A stretch of DNA of 64,000 nucleotides from Octopus vulgaris (GCA_951406725.2 OX597814.1:190154001-190218000), one strand, 5' to 3'; positions 39,890 through 54,582 are shown, counted from the stretch's first letter. Translations and numbers: made by a program. Notes: generated from the sequence alone by a model not told the origin.

Positions 39890-40310
39890 TCTTGGCTTAA
39901 CAACCCTCAACGTTTGTTTTTACTGTTTTGTTCTCACTGTCCTGTTCTTGTTACCACTTTCACTCTCCGCAAAAAATCCCAAATTTTATTTAATTTGCTT
40001 TGCGGGTAGGACTGTTTCAACGAAGTCGCGTCTTGTCCTTACCTTCGGAATGCGGAGTAGATGAAACGAGACATACAACTTTATGTTGTATGTCTCGTTT
40101 CACTGTTTGTTTTTTATTGTTTGTTTGTTTTTTCGTTGCTCGAAAAAAAGATCGTTTCTCTGTTTTTGGTTTTGTGTTTTCGTCTCTCATTGTGTTCAAT
40201 GGTTTTTTTATGTCCTGTACCCATATATGCATGTATATATACATATATATGTAAGTATGTACATATATGTATGTATATATGCATATATTTATATATTATT
40301 TATATTATTA
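39890..40310 (+). mobile_element. pLTR-like repeat (33340-33800 family)
   Basis: ctccgcaaaaaatc...ggagtagatgaaa...ctgtacccatatatgcatg. Confidence 0.65.
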
Positions 40311-41093
40311 TATATATATAATGTATATATTAGAGAGAGAGAGAGCGTGAGACATACATACATATAATACATATATAGATATATATACATACAATGTGTG
40401 TAGATGTGGGGTGTGGATGTATGCACGTATGTATGTGTGTGCAATCTTATAAATTATGTATACAATGTAAATATCTGTATAATAGATTGTCTATTTCCAT
40501 TGTAAAGACTTTATATATATAGAACGCAGAAGAAAAGTATACATTAGTAAAAGGCAAAAAAATGATAAACTGACAACTGACCTTTTAACGATATTAAGAA
40601 TTTAAACATTATAATAATCAAAATACTACATAATCAATAAATATTTTGATTAAAAAATCCACACTTCTAGAATTTCGTACTAAAGCTGCATAAAACCTGA
40701 CAGGTTTCTGGACTAAAAAGATGTCGGTAATATTAAGAACTACCTTTACTCTGTAATATCTCGACTTAAGTTTTGTTCATGGACGTACGAACGATCATGG
40801 AGTTCATCTCTTGCAGGTCGGAACATAAAAGAACAATTTATTTTAACTCAAGTTTCATGTGTACATATATGAGTGTTTGTATGAGCGTAAATATTTAAAG
40901 ATGCCTTCTTCCTTCTTTCCCAGCAGTCTGAAGAGACCTGTAAAGAAGCATGGATGCTGCTTTTCTCCTGACTAACTGCCAAAAGATACAACATGTCAAT
41001 GAACAATTTACAAATAAAAAAGAACAAATGGGTTACCAAAACTTGCGAATAATGTGTGTGCGTTTGCATGTATATATATATATATATATATAT

Positions 41094-41167
<74 letters not shown>

Positions 41168-41204
41168 CTACACGCTTATGTGTGCGTATATATATATATA
41201 TATA

Positions 41205-42345
41205 GTTCAAATTTATAGAAAAACAAACACGGAGACAGGTGTAAGAACAACAAGCAAGTGTGTTAGCTCGATACTCGGGAAAAACAGAAATGTCTTAATG
41301 TTTCGAGCCTACGCTCTTCGACAGAAAGGAATAAGAGGATATAAATAGAGAGAGACTGAAAAAAGCGTGTTGAGTTCAGTGGTCCAACATGGCGCTGATT
41401 GGAAAAGAAGCGTTTGAATAAAACAGAGATAATAATAAAGAGAGGTTGAATGATGGGGAGATAATTCATAGTGATCCCAACAAGAAGAAGTGCGCATATG
41501 TGTATGTGTGTGTGAAAATAGCGTGTGTAAGTGTGTATGTGTGAATGGGGGCGAGTGAGTTTGACATGTGTGTGTGTGTAACGTGTATGGGTTGTTTATG
41601 TGTGTGTTGTGTGTAGAAGTTGGTGTGCTTTTTCACGTGTTGTGTGTGTTCACATGTGTATGTTTGTGTGTATGTCACTGTGACCAAATAGTGTGCATAT
41701 GCATAGAGTATGTATGTGGGCGAAAGTTATCTTTATCTATGTGTGTTATGTGTGTGTGTATCTATGTATGAGTAGATACTGTCTGTGTTCAGGTATTATG
41801 TGTTTGCGTGAGTGTGGGAGTGTGCATGACGGTGTGTAGTGTATGTACTGAGTTAAACAGTGTGTGGGGTACTCATATAGTAGTATGTGTAGTAACGCTA
41901 TTGAAGATTGTGTGTGGGTGGATGATGGCGTGTTGTCTGGGTGCTGAGAAGCGTATGGAGTGGGGAGGTGTTGTGGATGTAGGTGTAATTGTGTGTTGAA
42001 CAGTGTGTATGGGTGTGTGTATAGTGGTGCGTGTGAGTGAGGGTACTGAGTTGGGCTGTATGCATGTAAATAAGTGGAGTGTGTGGGAGGTGAGAGGGAA
42101 TTCGTGTGGGATTGGTGTCAAGTGTTGAAGAGCGGAGGTGAGGTTGGTGTCAGATGAAGAGAGGAGGTGAGTTGAGCCCATATGGTGCAAATGAACGAAG
42201 AGAGAAGATTAATTTCAGTTCACGGCGAAAGCGGGAGTCCGGGTGGCCTCTGTGCAGAAACAGTCCGAACGCAGACAGATGCTGTAGCTAATGACCGGTG
42301 GAGCCGAAGTGGAGCAAGACGGGGTGTCATTGCTGAGTCTGATGT
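41205..42345 (-). mobile_element. PLE 3' fragment: GIY-YIG C-terminus, CA-rich UTR, pLTR with degenerate HHR (41293-41328, A6U)
   Basis: HFGSTGH.LQHLSAFGLFLHRGHPDSRFRRELKLIFSLRSFAPYGLNS at about 42170-42310; CTGTCGA-A-GAGC(GTAG)GCTC-GAAAC. Confidence 0.8.
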
Positions 42346-43214
42346 TCCGGAAAGGCTCCACAGAAATTATCTCCAAATACCTCGTTTCGTGTAACGATAA
42401 TGCCTCCAGAGAAATTTTGTTTAAGACCTCCAGTATTGCGGCTTTACAATATATCTTGTTGTATGTTAGCTAAAGGTTGCTATAGTGAACATGGTAGTCA
42501 ATCTTCAGATAACACAAAGGCAACAATTTTCCTGTATTTTTCCAAATTACAGATACTACCTGTTGGTCATAATTTCTGACGGATGTGTCACCATTTTATT
42601 TATTTATTTATCTCTGTGACGGGATCAGGAATTGAATTGAACTCAGAACGCACAGAGATGGTATAAGCCATCCCATCCCACGCTCTAACAATTCCGCTTA
42701 TCTTCTCGTCTCGACTGGTACTCTATTTTATCAACCCACGAAGGATAAGAGGCAAAATTGATCTTGGTGGGATTTGAACACAGAGAGTTGTAACAAAAAC
42801 CGCAAGGTATTCTATCCAACGCTATAACACCAGGCCAATTTGCCGTCGTTCATGTAAACAAATTTATTTTCAATGATTTACTTTCTGCGGTCTGCAGATG
42901 AAGAGAATCGATGTATGAATATATCTTATATGCTTTTTACTTTCTAGTAACATAATTGTGTCCAGAATAGAAGAAGAAAATGAATTTAGTTTTAAAATGT
43001 GTGCATCGAAAATATGAAAGATTTTTCCGAAACTCATTATAATTAAATTCTAGTTTTTATCTGTAGTTTTTATCAAAAGTCCAGCGACGAAACTTTTTCC
43101 TACTTTAAAAACAAATCAGCCCACTTCATTATCAGAAAAAAGCAAAAATTTAATAAAGCAGACATGCATGCGTACACTTATACACACTCACTCTCACACA
43201 CACACACATGTCCG

Positions 43215-43249
<35 letters not shown>

Positions 43250-43407
43250 GTACACACGTCGATACACATACACTTAGACAGCCATGTATAGAAACATGTA
43301 CAAGGATATTAATGTTTATGGGTATTTATGAACTGTGGACAGATGCATGGGTGCTCGTATATTTTCGCACATGTGCATGTTTGGTAATATATACATACAT
43401 ACATATA

Positions 43408-43490
<83 letters not shown>

Positions 43491-43623
43491 TTAGATAGAT
43501 AGATAGATTACATATACCTGAACGCATATATATATTTTGCCCTTATATATTATGCATGTACATAGTATATATATGTATATATATATATATGTGTGTGTAT
43601 GTGTGTGTGTGTGTGTGTGTGTG

Positions 43624-43676
<53 letters not shown>

Positions 43677-43679
43677 GTA

Positions 43680-43752
<73 letters not shown>

Positions 43753-45164
43753 GTATATATAGATATATATATGTATGTATATGTATATATATATATATGA
43801 TGTCGGGAATAACTAACTTAAGAATATCTTTACATGACCCTTATGCAAAAAGTCGGTGTTTCTCTCATAGGTTCATGAAAAATTAATGTGAAAGAAATAT
43901 TTATTCGCCTCCAGCAAGAAGGGAACATATTATTAGTTAAGTATGTTCAAAACAAAAGCCAAACAAAAAAAAAATAATTCATAAAATAATAGCTACAAAA
44001 ACAAACAAACAAAAACAATACTACAAAAAAAAAACGCATATTACTTTAAGCCAAAAAGTACTAAATAAATATCTGCACGTAAGAAATCTAGAATTTTGAC
44101 TCTTTGTAACTATGCTTTTCACTTCCATGACAATTTTACATTTAAACGAACTTATCAATCAATGTACATTTATTTGCCAAATGGTCTAAGTTGTTTTTTC
44201 GTTGTTCTTGTGTTTTGTTCTATGGGCTTTTTATTGTCGTTGTATATTTTAAAATTTTATTTAGATATTTATTTAGCATTTATAAATAACAGACAAAACA
44301 TTAGTGTAGAGCACCGTACGCACGGACGTAAGAACCGTAAAAGAGCGTAAATGTGTATGCGATCAGAAGAAACCTGCTTGTTGAGGCCTCTACACCCGTG
44401 TGCGCGTATGCAGCTGTACTTCTGTGTGGATGCGTACGCGCAGATGTACATTCGTATGTATATGCAAGTGTGCGTGCATTTTGGCTTTTGTGTCTGTATA
44501 TTCGTGCGTATGAGATATACGTCTCCGGGTTTTTGTGTGTTCATATATGAATAAATGTGCGTGAAATATAGCATTTATATATGATAGTGTTTATGTCTGT
44601 CCTATACAGTCATACAAGTTTAAGTATGTATATGCGTATGATTTGTGCATGCATACTTATATAAGTCTCTTTGTATGTATGTATGTATGTATGTATGTAT
44701 GTATGTATGTATGTATGTATGTATGTATGCATGAATGCATGTATGTATGTATGAATGTATGTATGTATGAATGCATTCATGTTCGTATGTATGTATGTAT
44801 GTATGTATGTATGTATGTATGAATGTATGTATGTATGTATGTATGTACGTATGCATGCATTCATGTATGTATGTATGTATTATGTATGTATGTATGCATG
44901 CATGTATGTATGCATGCATGTATGTATGAATGTATGCATGCATGCATGTGTGTATGTTTGCATGTGTACTTCTATATATGTATGTGTGTGTATGTATGCA
45001 TGAGTATATGCATGTATGTGTGAATATATACACATACAGAGAGAGAGAAACACGCATACATATATACGTAAATAAACAAGTACACGTGCTTTTGCTTCTG
45101 TCTACGCATCTGTATATGTCAACAAACTCTAATATTGTTATGCATGCATGACTAACTTGTTAAG

Positions 45165-45258
<94 letters not shown>

Positions 45259-45474
45259 CGTATATCTATATATATATGTATATATATAATTAGAAAAATA
45301 TTCAAATGTAAGTAAATGTGATTTAAAATATGCATGTAAGATACATGTGTTTCTCTTTATAGTTTATGTGAGTGTTTTTCCGCATACATATAGACAGACA
45401 CAGGAATGCATATAAATACGCATATACATAAATACATACATAAACACACACACATATCTCTATATCTATCTATC

Positions 45475-45506
<32 letters not shown>

Positions 45507-45510
45507 CATA

Positions 45511-45605
<95 letters not shown>

Positions 45606-45966
45606 GTATATGGAGGTATGTATTTGCAGACATGTTTACCAACAGGTAAGTGGGTTAACAAAACTGTGCTAACGTTTTTAAAAAGCTTCCAATGTTAAGT
45701 AAATTGAACTTCAAAGCAAAACAGGAGTGGGTTTTACATAACTGAAGCAACATCCCTGTCTATTTTGGATTGCGAGTTCGCAACCGAGTCTGTTCACTCA
45801 TTAAGTAGGAAGTAATTTAGTTCGAAAATTTTTCTTACATCATGAAATTCATTAAAATACGTTATGACCGGCTGTGCCTGCCGACGATGAAATAAGTTAT
45901 TTCAAAAACACCAATTATAACTACAACTCAATGTGTGTGTGTGTGTGTATATGTTTGTTTACGTAT

Positions 45967-46136
<170 letters not shown>

Positions 46137-46162
46137 ATATATGTATATATATATATATGTAC

Positions 46163-46198
<36 letters not shown>

Positions 46199-46215
46199 AT
46201 AAACATATCAGTGCA

Positions 46216-46257
<42 letters not shown>

Positions 46258-46426
46258 CATATATACATATTGATATATGTGTGTATGTATGTATATTATA
46301 TATATATATATATATAAATTTCTTATTGAGCATTTTCAGTGAAAAATACCTCATTTTTAAGAGTTAATATATGTATTGTGAAGCACATGTGTATCTATTA
46401 TCCAGTCACACACGCTTACAAACGTG

Positions 46427-46480
<54 letters not shown>

Positions 46481-46812
46481 ATGTATGTAAGTATATATAC
46501 ATATAGGTATGTATGTATACATATATGTATTTACATATATATAGGTCCATTTATTTTTGAGTGAGAATGTATATGTAATTTTAATTGAGGGAACCATACA
46601 AATGTATGTTTGTGTATATGTCTGTTTGTGTGTATTTGTGTGTGCGTGTGTGTCTGTGTGTCTGTGTGTGTATACACATACATATATGTGTAAGTAGACA
46701 TATACACACATACTTACACATATAAGATGCGAATGTTTTTATAATTTATATTCAAAGTTATATCTAAATAATGGTATTTTACAATTATTTTTACCGGGTA
46801 TGATATTTTATC

Positions 46813-46851
<39 letters not shown>

Positions 46852-47209
46852 GTTGGAATATGAGAGCCTTTTTTTTGTTCGTGTGTGTGTGAATGCATGT
46901 GGGAATGTATGTGTGTGTGCGCCCCTCTGTGTGTGCCTCTGTGTTTTTGGCTCTATGTGTGTGTGTGTGTATCTTTTTGAGTGACTGTCTGAATTCCAGC
47001 GTGTGCTCCTGTAAAATGATTTATCAATAGGCAAGTTTGATGAGATATATAACTAATTATATGTTCAGATTTACTTTTACTTATATCTTTAAATGATCGT
47101 CAACCCATCGACATACGAGAATACCAGCATGTGTGCATGTGTGTATACATAAAAACAAAAGCACACATATACCTGTATACATATATATATGTACGTATAT
47201 GCATGCTTA

Positions 47210-47262
<53 letters not shown>

Positions 47263-47548
47263 TGTATGTATATATATATAATTTTTTATGCATTTCCATG
47301 CATGCTCGTGTGAGTGTAAGGTTATTTCGAAACATACCGTCAAGACTATATAGAAATGAATGAATTATTATATGTATATGCATATTTATGTATGTACATA
47401 AGACTAATTATTTATACGAGAAAAAAAGTAGTTACCATAACTAATTTATTCCTCTATTAAATATTTACCTTTCAGAAGACGTATTTTTAAACTTTGCTGT
47501 TATATCATTACAAACACACACGCACACACACAGACACACAAATACACA

Positions 47549-47595
<47 letters not shown>

Positions 47596-47670
47596 GTATA
47601 TGTATGTATATATATGTATATAAACTTACACAGATATGCATATAAGCATATTCATATTCATACAAACATA

Positions 47671-47705
<35 letters not shown>

Positions 47706-47719
47706 GCACGTATGTATGT

Positions 47720-47820
<101 letters not shown>

Positions 47821-48339
47821 GATATAGGTATATATATATATAGACTTACACATTTATATATGAAATGTTGATTATTATTATTATTATTATTGTTGGTGTT
47901 GTATATTTATTGTATTTTTATTTCGGTTGTTTCTGGAGAATTTTCTTTAGTTTTGCATGTCTATTCTCACATTTGAACAGGCTTCAATTATTTTTGCTGA
48001 TAATGGAAAAATAAAATGAGTCAGCTACAAAAATGAATATTCTTTTCTATTCTATCTGTAATTTCTTATGTCGACATAGGTCTCAGTAATATAGCCTTCG
48101 TATTAGTTATTCATATAAACGTATAAACACATAAATATTGAACTAAGTGCATGTACATATATATGAAAAATCTACAGCAACGTGTGTTTTAATTCATTTT
48201 AGTTGTATGCGAAAATACATATATGATTATATGATATTGTCCTTCTCATTGTTGTTTCTCTTGTCCGCCTTTGTCTAGTCTAACTGTCCGAATGTTTTAT
48301 TGTCCTCTATTGCGTTATTGTTCCACTTTTATATTTATA

Positions 48340-48731
48340 CTAGCAGTATCGCCCGGCGTTGCTCGGGTTTGTTTCGACCCTTTAGAATTGGAATTTTTGA
48401 AAAGTAAAAATTTTGCATTGTGTAGCTTGTTATTCTCTTTAAGTGAACATTTTCCTGGTTGAAATACACTGAAAAATGGCGATACAGCAGTCAAAAAATC
48501 GTAAAAAATAGGGATTTTCATAGAAAAAAAGCACCTATTTGATGTAAATAATATTTGATCTTAACATGGTCCGATTTGAATTTTTTCTTCTACGGAAGGA
48601 AGAGCAAGCCTTCTTCTATCATACAGTCAATTTTGGTCAACTTGCACCGCAGGGTCTCGGAAGAGATAGTGTTAGTTGAAGGCTACCAAACCTGCCATAC
48701 ACAGACAACTTCAGTTTTATATAGAGAGAGA
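48340..48731 (-). mobile_element. Non-autonomous Helitron (Lep1-like), copy 1
   Basis: 5' TC, 3' hairpin CCCGAGCAACGCCGGG then CTAG, inserted between A and T, no TSD. Confidence 0.9.
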
Positions 48732-48739
48732 TATACATA

Positions 48740-49175
48740 TAGCGGCGCACGTACACACTTGTGCTCACCTTATATTAGGTATCTATCTAAATTTTGTACG
48801 ACTCTTACTCTAACTTTTAGCCCCCCCTCTTCCTTTCTTCCTTTTTTCGCACTCCCTCTCTCTCACATTTCTTGGCCCTCTCTTTCTTTAATTCCCACTA
48901 TTTCCCGCCCGTTTATCTCCCCTGTACCTTTCTCTTTGTCTCAGTTTTTTTCTAATCCTTCCGCTGCCCCCTACCCATTTCTCCTGCTTCCACGTGACCG
49001 GTGTCCGGCCAGCCATGATCTTTTTTTCTTGGCCTGATTGCTGACTGCCAATACCTCTTATGTCCATCTCCTATGTTCCTGCCTTTAGGCTTTCACTTCA
49101 TACACGCCAGCTCAGTTGGATTCGTTCTCAGTCGAAAGACACCTGTTGTTATTTGCTTGTTGTTTGTATTCGTAA
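48740..49175 (+). mobile_element. PLE-like non-coding repeat (4630-5590 family)
   Basis: cacgtgaccggtgt and agtcgaaagacacctgtt are shared in inverse with 4950-5120. Confidence 0.55.
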
Positions 49176-49599
49176 TTGGAGATAACATACACGTACGTAT
49201 ATGTTTATATATTCAACAAACACGCACACACATATACACGCATACGCACACATGCACACACATACACGCATACACACACACATGCGTATTCATTGATATG
49301 TACATATGTATATTCACATGCATGTATGCATGCATACCAGTGTGGGGGCACACACGCATGCGCGTGCACACGAGCATTCGCACGGGCGCGTGCGTAAGTA
49401 CACACGCGCAAAACAAGCATTGATGATTGGTAAGCGTTGGGAATTGGTAAATGTTAGGGTTGGTATGGGTTGGGAGTTGGTAAACGTTGGAGATTGGTAA
49501 ATGGCGGTCCTGCTCGTGGTGTTGGTTGGTAGCGGTGACCTTGGTGCAGGCAGTGCAAAGCAGAAGCAGGTGCTAAGGTGATAAATCCGGGTTGTCGGC

Positions 49600-49850
49600 A
49601 GTCAGAAGCCTGAAATTTGCCGGAAGGGCATATCTCTGGTAACAGCAATACGATAAAGCTTCTTACTTGTTGATGGATACTGCAAGTTGTTGGAGGATAT
49701 ACAGTTTTTCGCGGAGACAGAGCTGGCACTTGGGGACACCGCGTGAATATGGTGGCGCTCTGTCGACAATAGTCCACTTGATGCTGGGTACTTCATCTCG
49801 GAGATCAGGGAGTCTGCAGAGAAAACGAGACAGGGAAGTAGTTCTCTCTA
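49600..49850 (-). pseudogene. PLE GIY-YIG C-terminal fragment
   Basis: RTTSLSRFLCRL...SIKWTIVDRAPPYSRGVPKCQLCLREKLYIL...SINK parallels the element at 11054-11491; appears to continue at about 51360-51500 beyond the MITE. Confidence 0.8.
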
Positions 49851-50034
49851 CTGTCATTTTAAACCTTAAAAAGTATGGGACTAGCTTTGTTGCTTAAAAA
49901 TATTGGAATCACTATTTGTTGTACATTCTGTGGCATCTTAAAACGAAAAGAGACTCATGTGTGAATTACGATGTAACGATAATTATTAAACCGAGTTCTT
50001 AATAAAAAAAAATATTGAAAATGTACAAAATATA

Positions 50035-50436
50035 GGCGCAGGAGTGGCTGTGTGGTAAGTAGCATGCTTACCAACCACATGGTTCCGGGTTCAGTCCCAC
50101 TGCGTGGGACTTTGGGCGAGTGTCTTCTACTATAACCTCGGGCCGACTAAAGCCTTATGAGTAGATTTGGTAGACGGAAACTGAAAGAAGCCCGTCGTAT
50201 ATATATATATATATGTATATGTGTGTGTGTGTTTGTGTGTCAGTGTTTGCCCCTCCCCAACATCGCTTGACAACCGATGCTGGTGTGTTTATGTCCCCGT
50301 AACTTAGCGGTTCGGCAAAAGAGACCGATAGAATAAGTACTGGGCTTGCAAAGAATAAGTCTTGGGGTCGATTTGCTCGACTAAAGACGGTGCTCCAGCA
50401 TGGCCGCAGTCAAATGACCGAAACAAGTAAAAGAGT
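50035..50436 (+). mobile_element. Full-length SINE family A nested in the MITE
   Basis: A box TGGCTGTGTGG, B-box-like GGTTCAGTCCC; AAAATAT on both sides. Confidence 0.93.
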
Positions 50437-50954
50437 AAAATATGATATTTAACTTCGAATAAGTAAATTCATAATAATACTCTTCATACCAAATTATATA
50501 AAAAAAAACATATTTCACACTGCATGCAAATTACCATGATAATAATAAAAAAAACTGGATTTATGATGAAGTTGAATCTATTTAAAAGCGAAAGTACGAA
50601 ACCGGAATAATTATAAGCGAAGATAATTCGCATTATGATACACATATTAATGGAATAGTTATGCGAATTAAACAAATTATTACTAAATTATTTTTGATTG
50701 ATTACTTGTAAATTTATAAAAAAATTATCATTCATAGATAGAATTATTGTGTAAAGATGACATTAGTATTTGTAAACAAATGTTTTGTTAAAATTAAGCA
50801 TACGATAATTTAACTTAATTAATTTTTAATATAACTTAATTTCAATGAACTAAACACATTTCTTGTGATAGAATGATGCCACAGAATGTACAACATGTAG
50901 GGATTCCAACATTTTTTGGAGCGACAACGTTAGTCCCATGCTTTTTAAGATTTA

Positions 50955-51346
50955 CTAGCAGTATCGCCCGGCGTTGCTCGGGTTTGTTTCGACCGTTTAG
51001 AATTGGAATTTTTGAAAAGTAAAGATTTTGCATTATGTAGTTAGTTATTCTCTTTAAGTGAACATTTTTCTGGTTGAAATACACCAAAAATGGCGATACA
51101 GCAGTCAAAAAATCGTAAAAAATAGGGATTTTCAAAGAAAAAAATGTACCTTTTTTATGTAAATAATTTTTGGTGTTAACATGGTCTGATTTGAATAGTT
51201 TCTTCTACAGAAGGAAGAGCAAGCCCTCTTCTATCATACTCTCAATTTTGGTCAACTTGCGCCGCAGGGTCTCGGAGGTGATAGTGTTAGTTGAAGGCTA
51301 CCAAACCTGGCATACACAGACAATTTCAGCTTTATATAGAGAGAGA
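50955..51346 (-). mobile_element. Non-autonomous Helitron, copy 2, inside the MITE TIR
   Basis: Highly similar to 48340-48731; A/T insertion site. Confidence 0.9.
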
Positions 51347-51954
51347 TTATGACAGTCTATAACCCTTCTGAGCGAGCGCATTTTTCAATTCTATTTTCGT
51401 ACTTTTTAAGACAACGCTTGTAATATTTATATATGTACCGTATTTCTCCCAATGGTGTGGCAGCCTCTAATAACACCCGAGCGCCTACCAATTGAAATAG
51501 TGTGACAGTCACAATATTAGAAAATATACGATAAAATCGATAATAATTGTATTTGTTTATTATCATACGGAGAAATAAAATGGTTACAACAATCTGGTCG
51601 AGTGAAATGACTTTCCAATATTATGTTGAAAATCTCCATAAAAGCTGCAAACCCGACCCGCAACATCCCAAAAGTCAAAATACAGCAATCATTCACAACT
51701 GAGATGATATACCTCAATGGCGAGACCAGATTCATATTATCCTAATAAATTCAGAAATGCGCTTAAGCGCTATATAGAGATAAAGAGTTATATCTCACCA
51801 CATCTGTCACATTTCTCGTCTGACCGTCAAGGAAGTCATTCATCAAATAATGATAGTTGCTTAATATCGGCCATAAAAATTAATTTCTGTTCAATTCAAT
51901 TTAATTCAGTTTTACCAAGAACAGTTTAGACAAGTTATATACCAAAAAAAAATG

Positions 51955-52433
51955 TTCCTTCTCGAGCCATGACAGATTCATAAGGGCCGGTTTCCCGGTT
52001 TCAGTGGCGTAGAAATTCCTCACCTGGACAGGATGCCGGATTACTCATTTTTGCCAGCTGAGTGAACTGGAGCAACGTAAAATGAAGTGTTTTGCTCAAG
52101 AACACAACGCGTTGCCCGGTCCAGGAATCGAAACCACAACCTAACGATCATGATTTCAACACCCTAACCTATTTCTTTATTACCCACAAGGGGCTAAACA
52201 CAGAGGGGACAAACAAGGAGAGACATAGGTATTAAGTCGATTACATCGACCCCAGTGCGTAACTGGTACTTAATTTATCGACCCCGAAAGGATGAAAGGC
52301 AAAGTCGACCTCGGCGGAATTTGAACTCACAACGTAACGCAGACGAACTACCGCTAAGCATTTCGCCCGGCGTGCTAACGTTTCTGCCAGCTCGCCGCCT
52401 TTCAACACCCTAACCACTAAGCCAAGAGCCTCC
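51955..52433 (-). mobile_element. tRNA/CORE-like SINE (family D-related) interrupted by a family C SINE
   Basis: Head TGGCTTAGTGG...GGTTTCGATTCC; tail gaaaccgggaaaccggccc shared with 58255-58310. Confidence 0.8.
52170..52399 (-). mobile_element. Full-length SINE family C with 16-bp TSD
   Basis: TTTCAACACCCTAACC at 52154-52169 and 52400-52415. Confidence 0.93.
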
Positions 52434-52775
52434 ACCAAGTTATATACTGCTTGGAAAAGACGGCATTGTCAATGATGTCCCATTTGTCCTGGTTGCGAAC
52501 GATGCTGGTGTAGTAGCCGGAGTCCGCGCTAGCCAGCGTGTGCAACAATGAGCTTATCAATCGGAATCTCTGGCCGTAAATGTTCTGCTTTTTCGGAGAA
52601 TAAGTCATCAACTCCGAATTAATCTGACCATCTGTCATAGTCTTTCTATGAGGAAGTATCGAAAGACAATATAAAACTGTTGCGGGCGATGCTTTAGTAT
52701 ATGGAGACTGATTATAATCGACGAGGTTAGCATAGTCAGTCACTTGCAGCTGGTTCTTATTCACGGCATCTCTGT
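52433..52775 (-). pseudogene. Ubiquitin-specific protease (peptidase C19) His-box-like fragment
   Basis: QINSELMTYSPKKQNIYGQRFRLISSLLHTLASADSGYYTSIVRNQDKWDIIDNAV resembles Y.L..V..H.G.S..SGHY.(A/S).V....W...DD..V; catalytic His reads Tyr. Confidence 0.6.
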
Positions 52776-52776
52776 A

Positions 52777-52810
<34 letters not shown>

Positions 52811-53133
52811 TAATAAATAAAATATATGCATACATACAAACATATATGTACGTACCGACATCTACATGTATATATACATGCATATATAACTATATATACG
52901 TACAGGACACCACAAGAAGACGTAAAAATCAACAGAAACGAAAACGGAAAAGCCATTTTGTTACAACAGAAGAACAGAGACGTGGAACAAGACGAAACGA
53001 AAACGGGAAAAACAATTATGTACAGCAGAAAAACGAAGTACAGGACATACACATGAAAACACAAAGAGAAAACACAACAACGCGAGGACGTGGAAGAAGT
53101 ATAGTGTTATTAAACGCTCAGGAAAGAAAGAGG

Positions 53134-53168
53134 GTTTAACGTTTCGAGCGGAGCTCTTCGTCAGAAAC
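53134..53168 (-). ncRNA. Canonical minimal type I hammerhead in a pLTR (52805-53185)
   Basis: GTTT-CTGACGA-A-GAGC(TCC)GCTC-GAA-ACGT-T-AAAC. Confidence 0.87.
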
Positions 53169-53322
53169 ATAGGAAAAGGAAAGATATATATACATATACT
53201 ACAGAGATGCCGTGAATAAGAACCAGCTGCAAGTGACTGACTATGCTAACCTCGTCGATTATAATCAGTCTCCATATACTAAAGCATCGCCCGCAACAGT
53301 TTTAGATAGTCTTTCGATACAG

Positions 53323-53371
<49 letters not shown>

Positions 53372-53419
53372 CATGAGCCGAATATTTTAACCAAGCTACG
53401 CGTCATCACAGGTATATAT

Positions 53420-53472
<53 letters not shown>

Positions 53473-54547
53473 TGTGTGTGTGTGTGTGTGAGTGTGTTCA
53501 TTGTATACTATTCATAAAGCTACCTATTTATTGATCTATCTAATCAACGGAACAGCCTTCTCATGAAATTAAGCTACGCCCCTCACAGGTACATACATAC
53601 ATACATACATACATACATACATACATACATACATACATACATACATTCATACATTCATATATGCATAAATACATACATTCCCACGTTTGTAATTATTAAC
53701 GTATAGTTATGCGTAAATATATTTGCATATGTATGTATGTATATGTGTGTTTGCGTACGCTGGAGTTTTTTTTTTAGGTAACTGCGTGTCTATGTTAGTG
53801 TGTGTAGAGTAGATGGGTGTATGAGTGTACAAAATATGTAGACACAAATGTAGAAGAAAGCGTATCAGTATGCAGACTGTTGACGTAGGCAAAAAAAAAA
53901 TTATCGTATCACGTTTTCATTTATTATTTCGTTATTTTCCATAATAGAAGAGAAAAAAAAACAATAAATACCTTTGCATTCATTTGTGCATATATGCTTC
54001 AGAGATAATCACTGCAAAGATACGAAGGTGTGTGACTTACATATAATTTGAAGTGATACTGTTTCCGTCTATCCTTAGAACAAACGCACATTCATAATTT
54101 TAAATAGTCTCCATGTATCATTGCTGCTATCGTGATCATCATCGTCATCATTATTGTCGTCGTCATCGTCGTCGAGATCGTCATTTAGAATGTCTTTTTC
54201 CATTCTGGTATAGGATAGACGTTTGGACATGAACTGACCAAAGAGCTGCGCTGAGCTCCAGTGTCTGCTCTCTTATGGCTTCTACAACTAGATGCCCTTC
54301 CTAACAACGAACACTTTACAGAGTGTACTGGGCGGCGGCGGGGGAGGGGTTATTTTGTTAGCATTTTTTTCATTCGTGGCACCAGTACAAGTGAGGGCAA
54401 CAGGTACCCAAAAGAAAGATTTCCCAACTGATAGGGGGTTAGCATTCAGGGACATGAAAGTATAATAGAAAGACAGAAGCAAGTGACTTGTTAAAGAAGT
54501 GAATACATGGTTGTCTCATCTGGAAAGAGAGATGTCAAGCTAAAGTA

Positions 54548-54582
<35 letters not shown>

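Larger units (their letters stand above)
49851..51355. mobile_element. MITE with ~87-bp imperfect TIRs and 4-bp TSD TCTA, hosting nested insertions
   Basis: Left TIR 49851-49937; right TIR 50875-50954 plus 51347-51355; TCTA at 49847-49850 and 51356-51359. Confidence 0.8.

Noticed and set aside
40740-41000. Host coding exons
   Set aside because: GC-richer patches with splice-like sites, but the frames I read contain stops and give no recognisable peptide.
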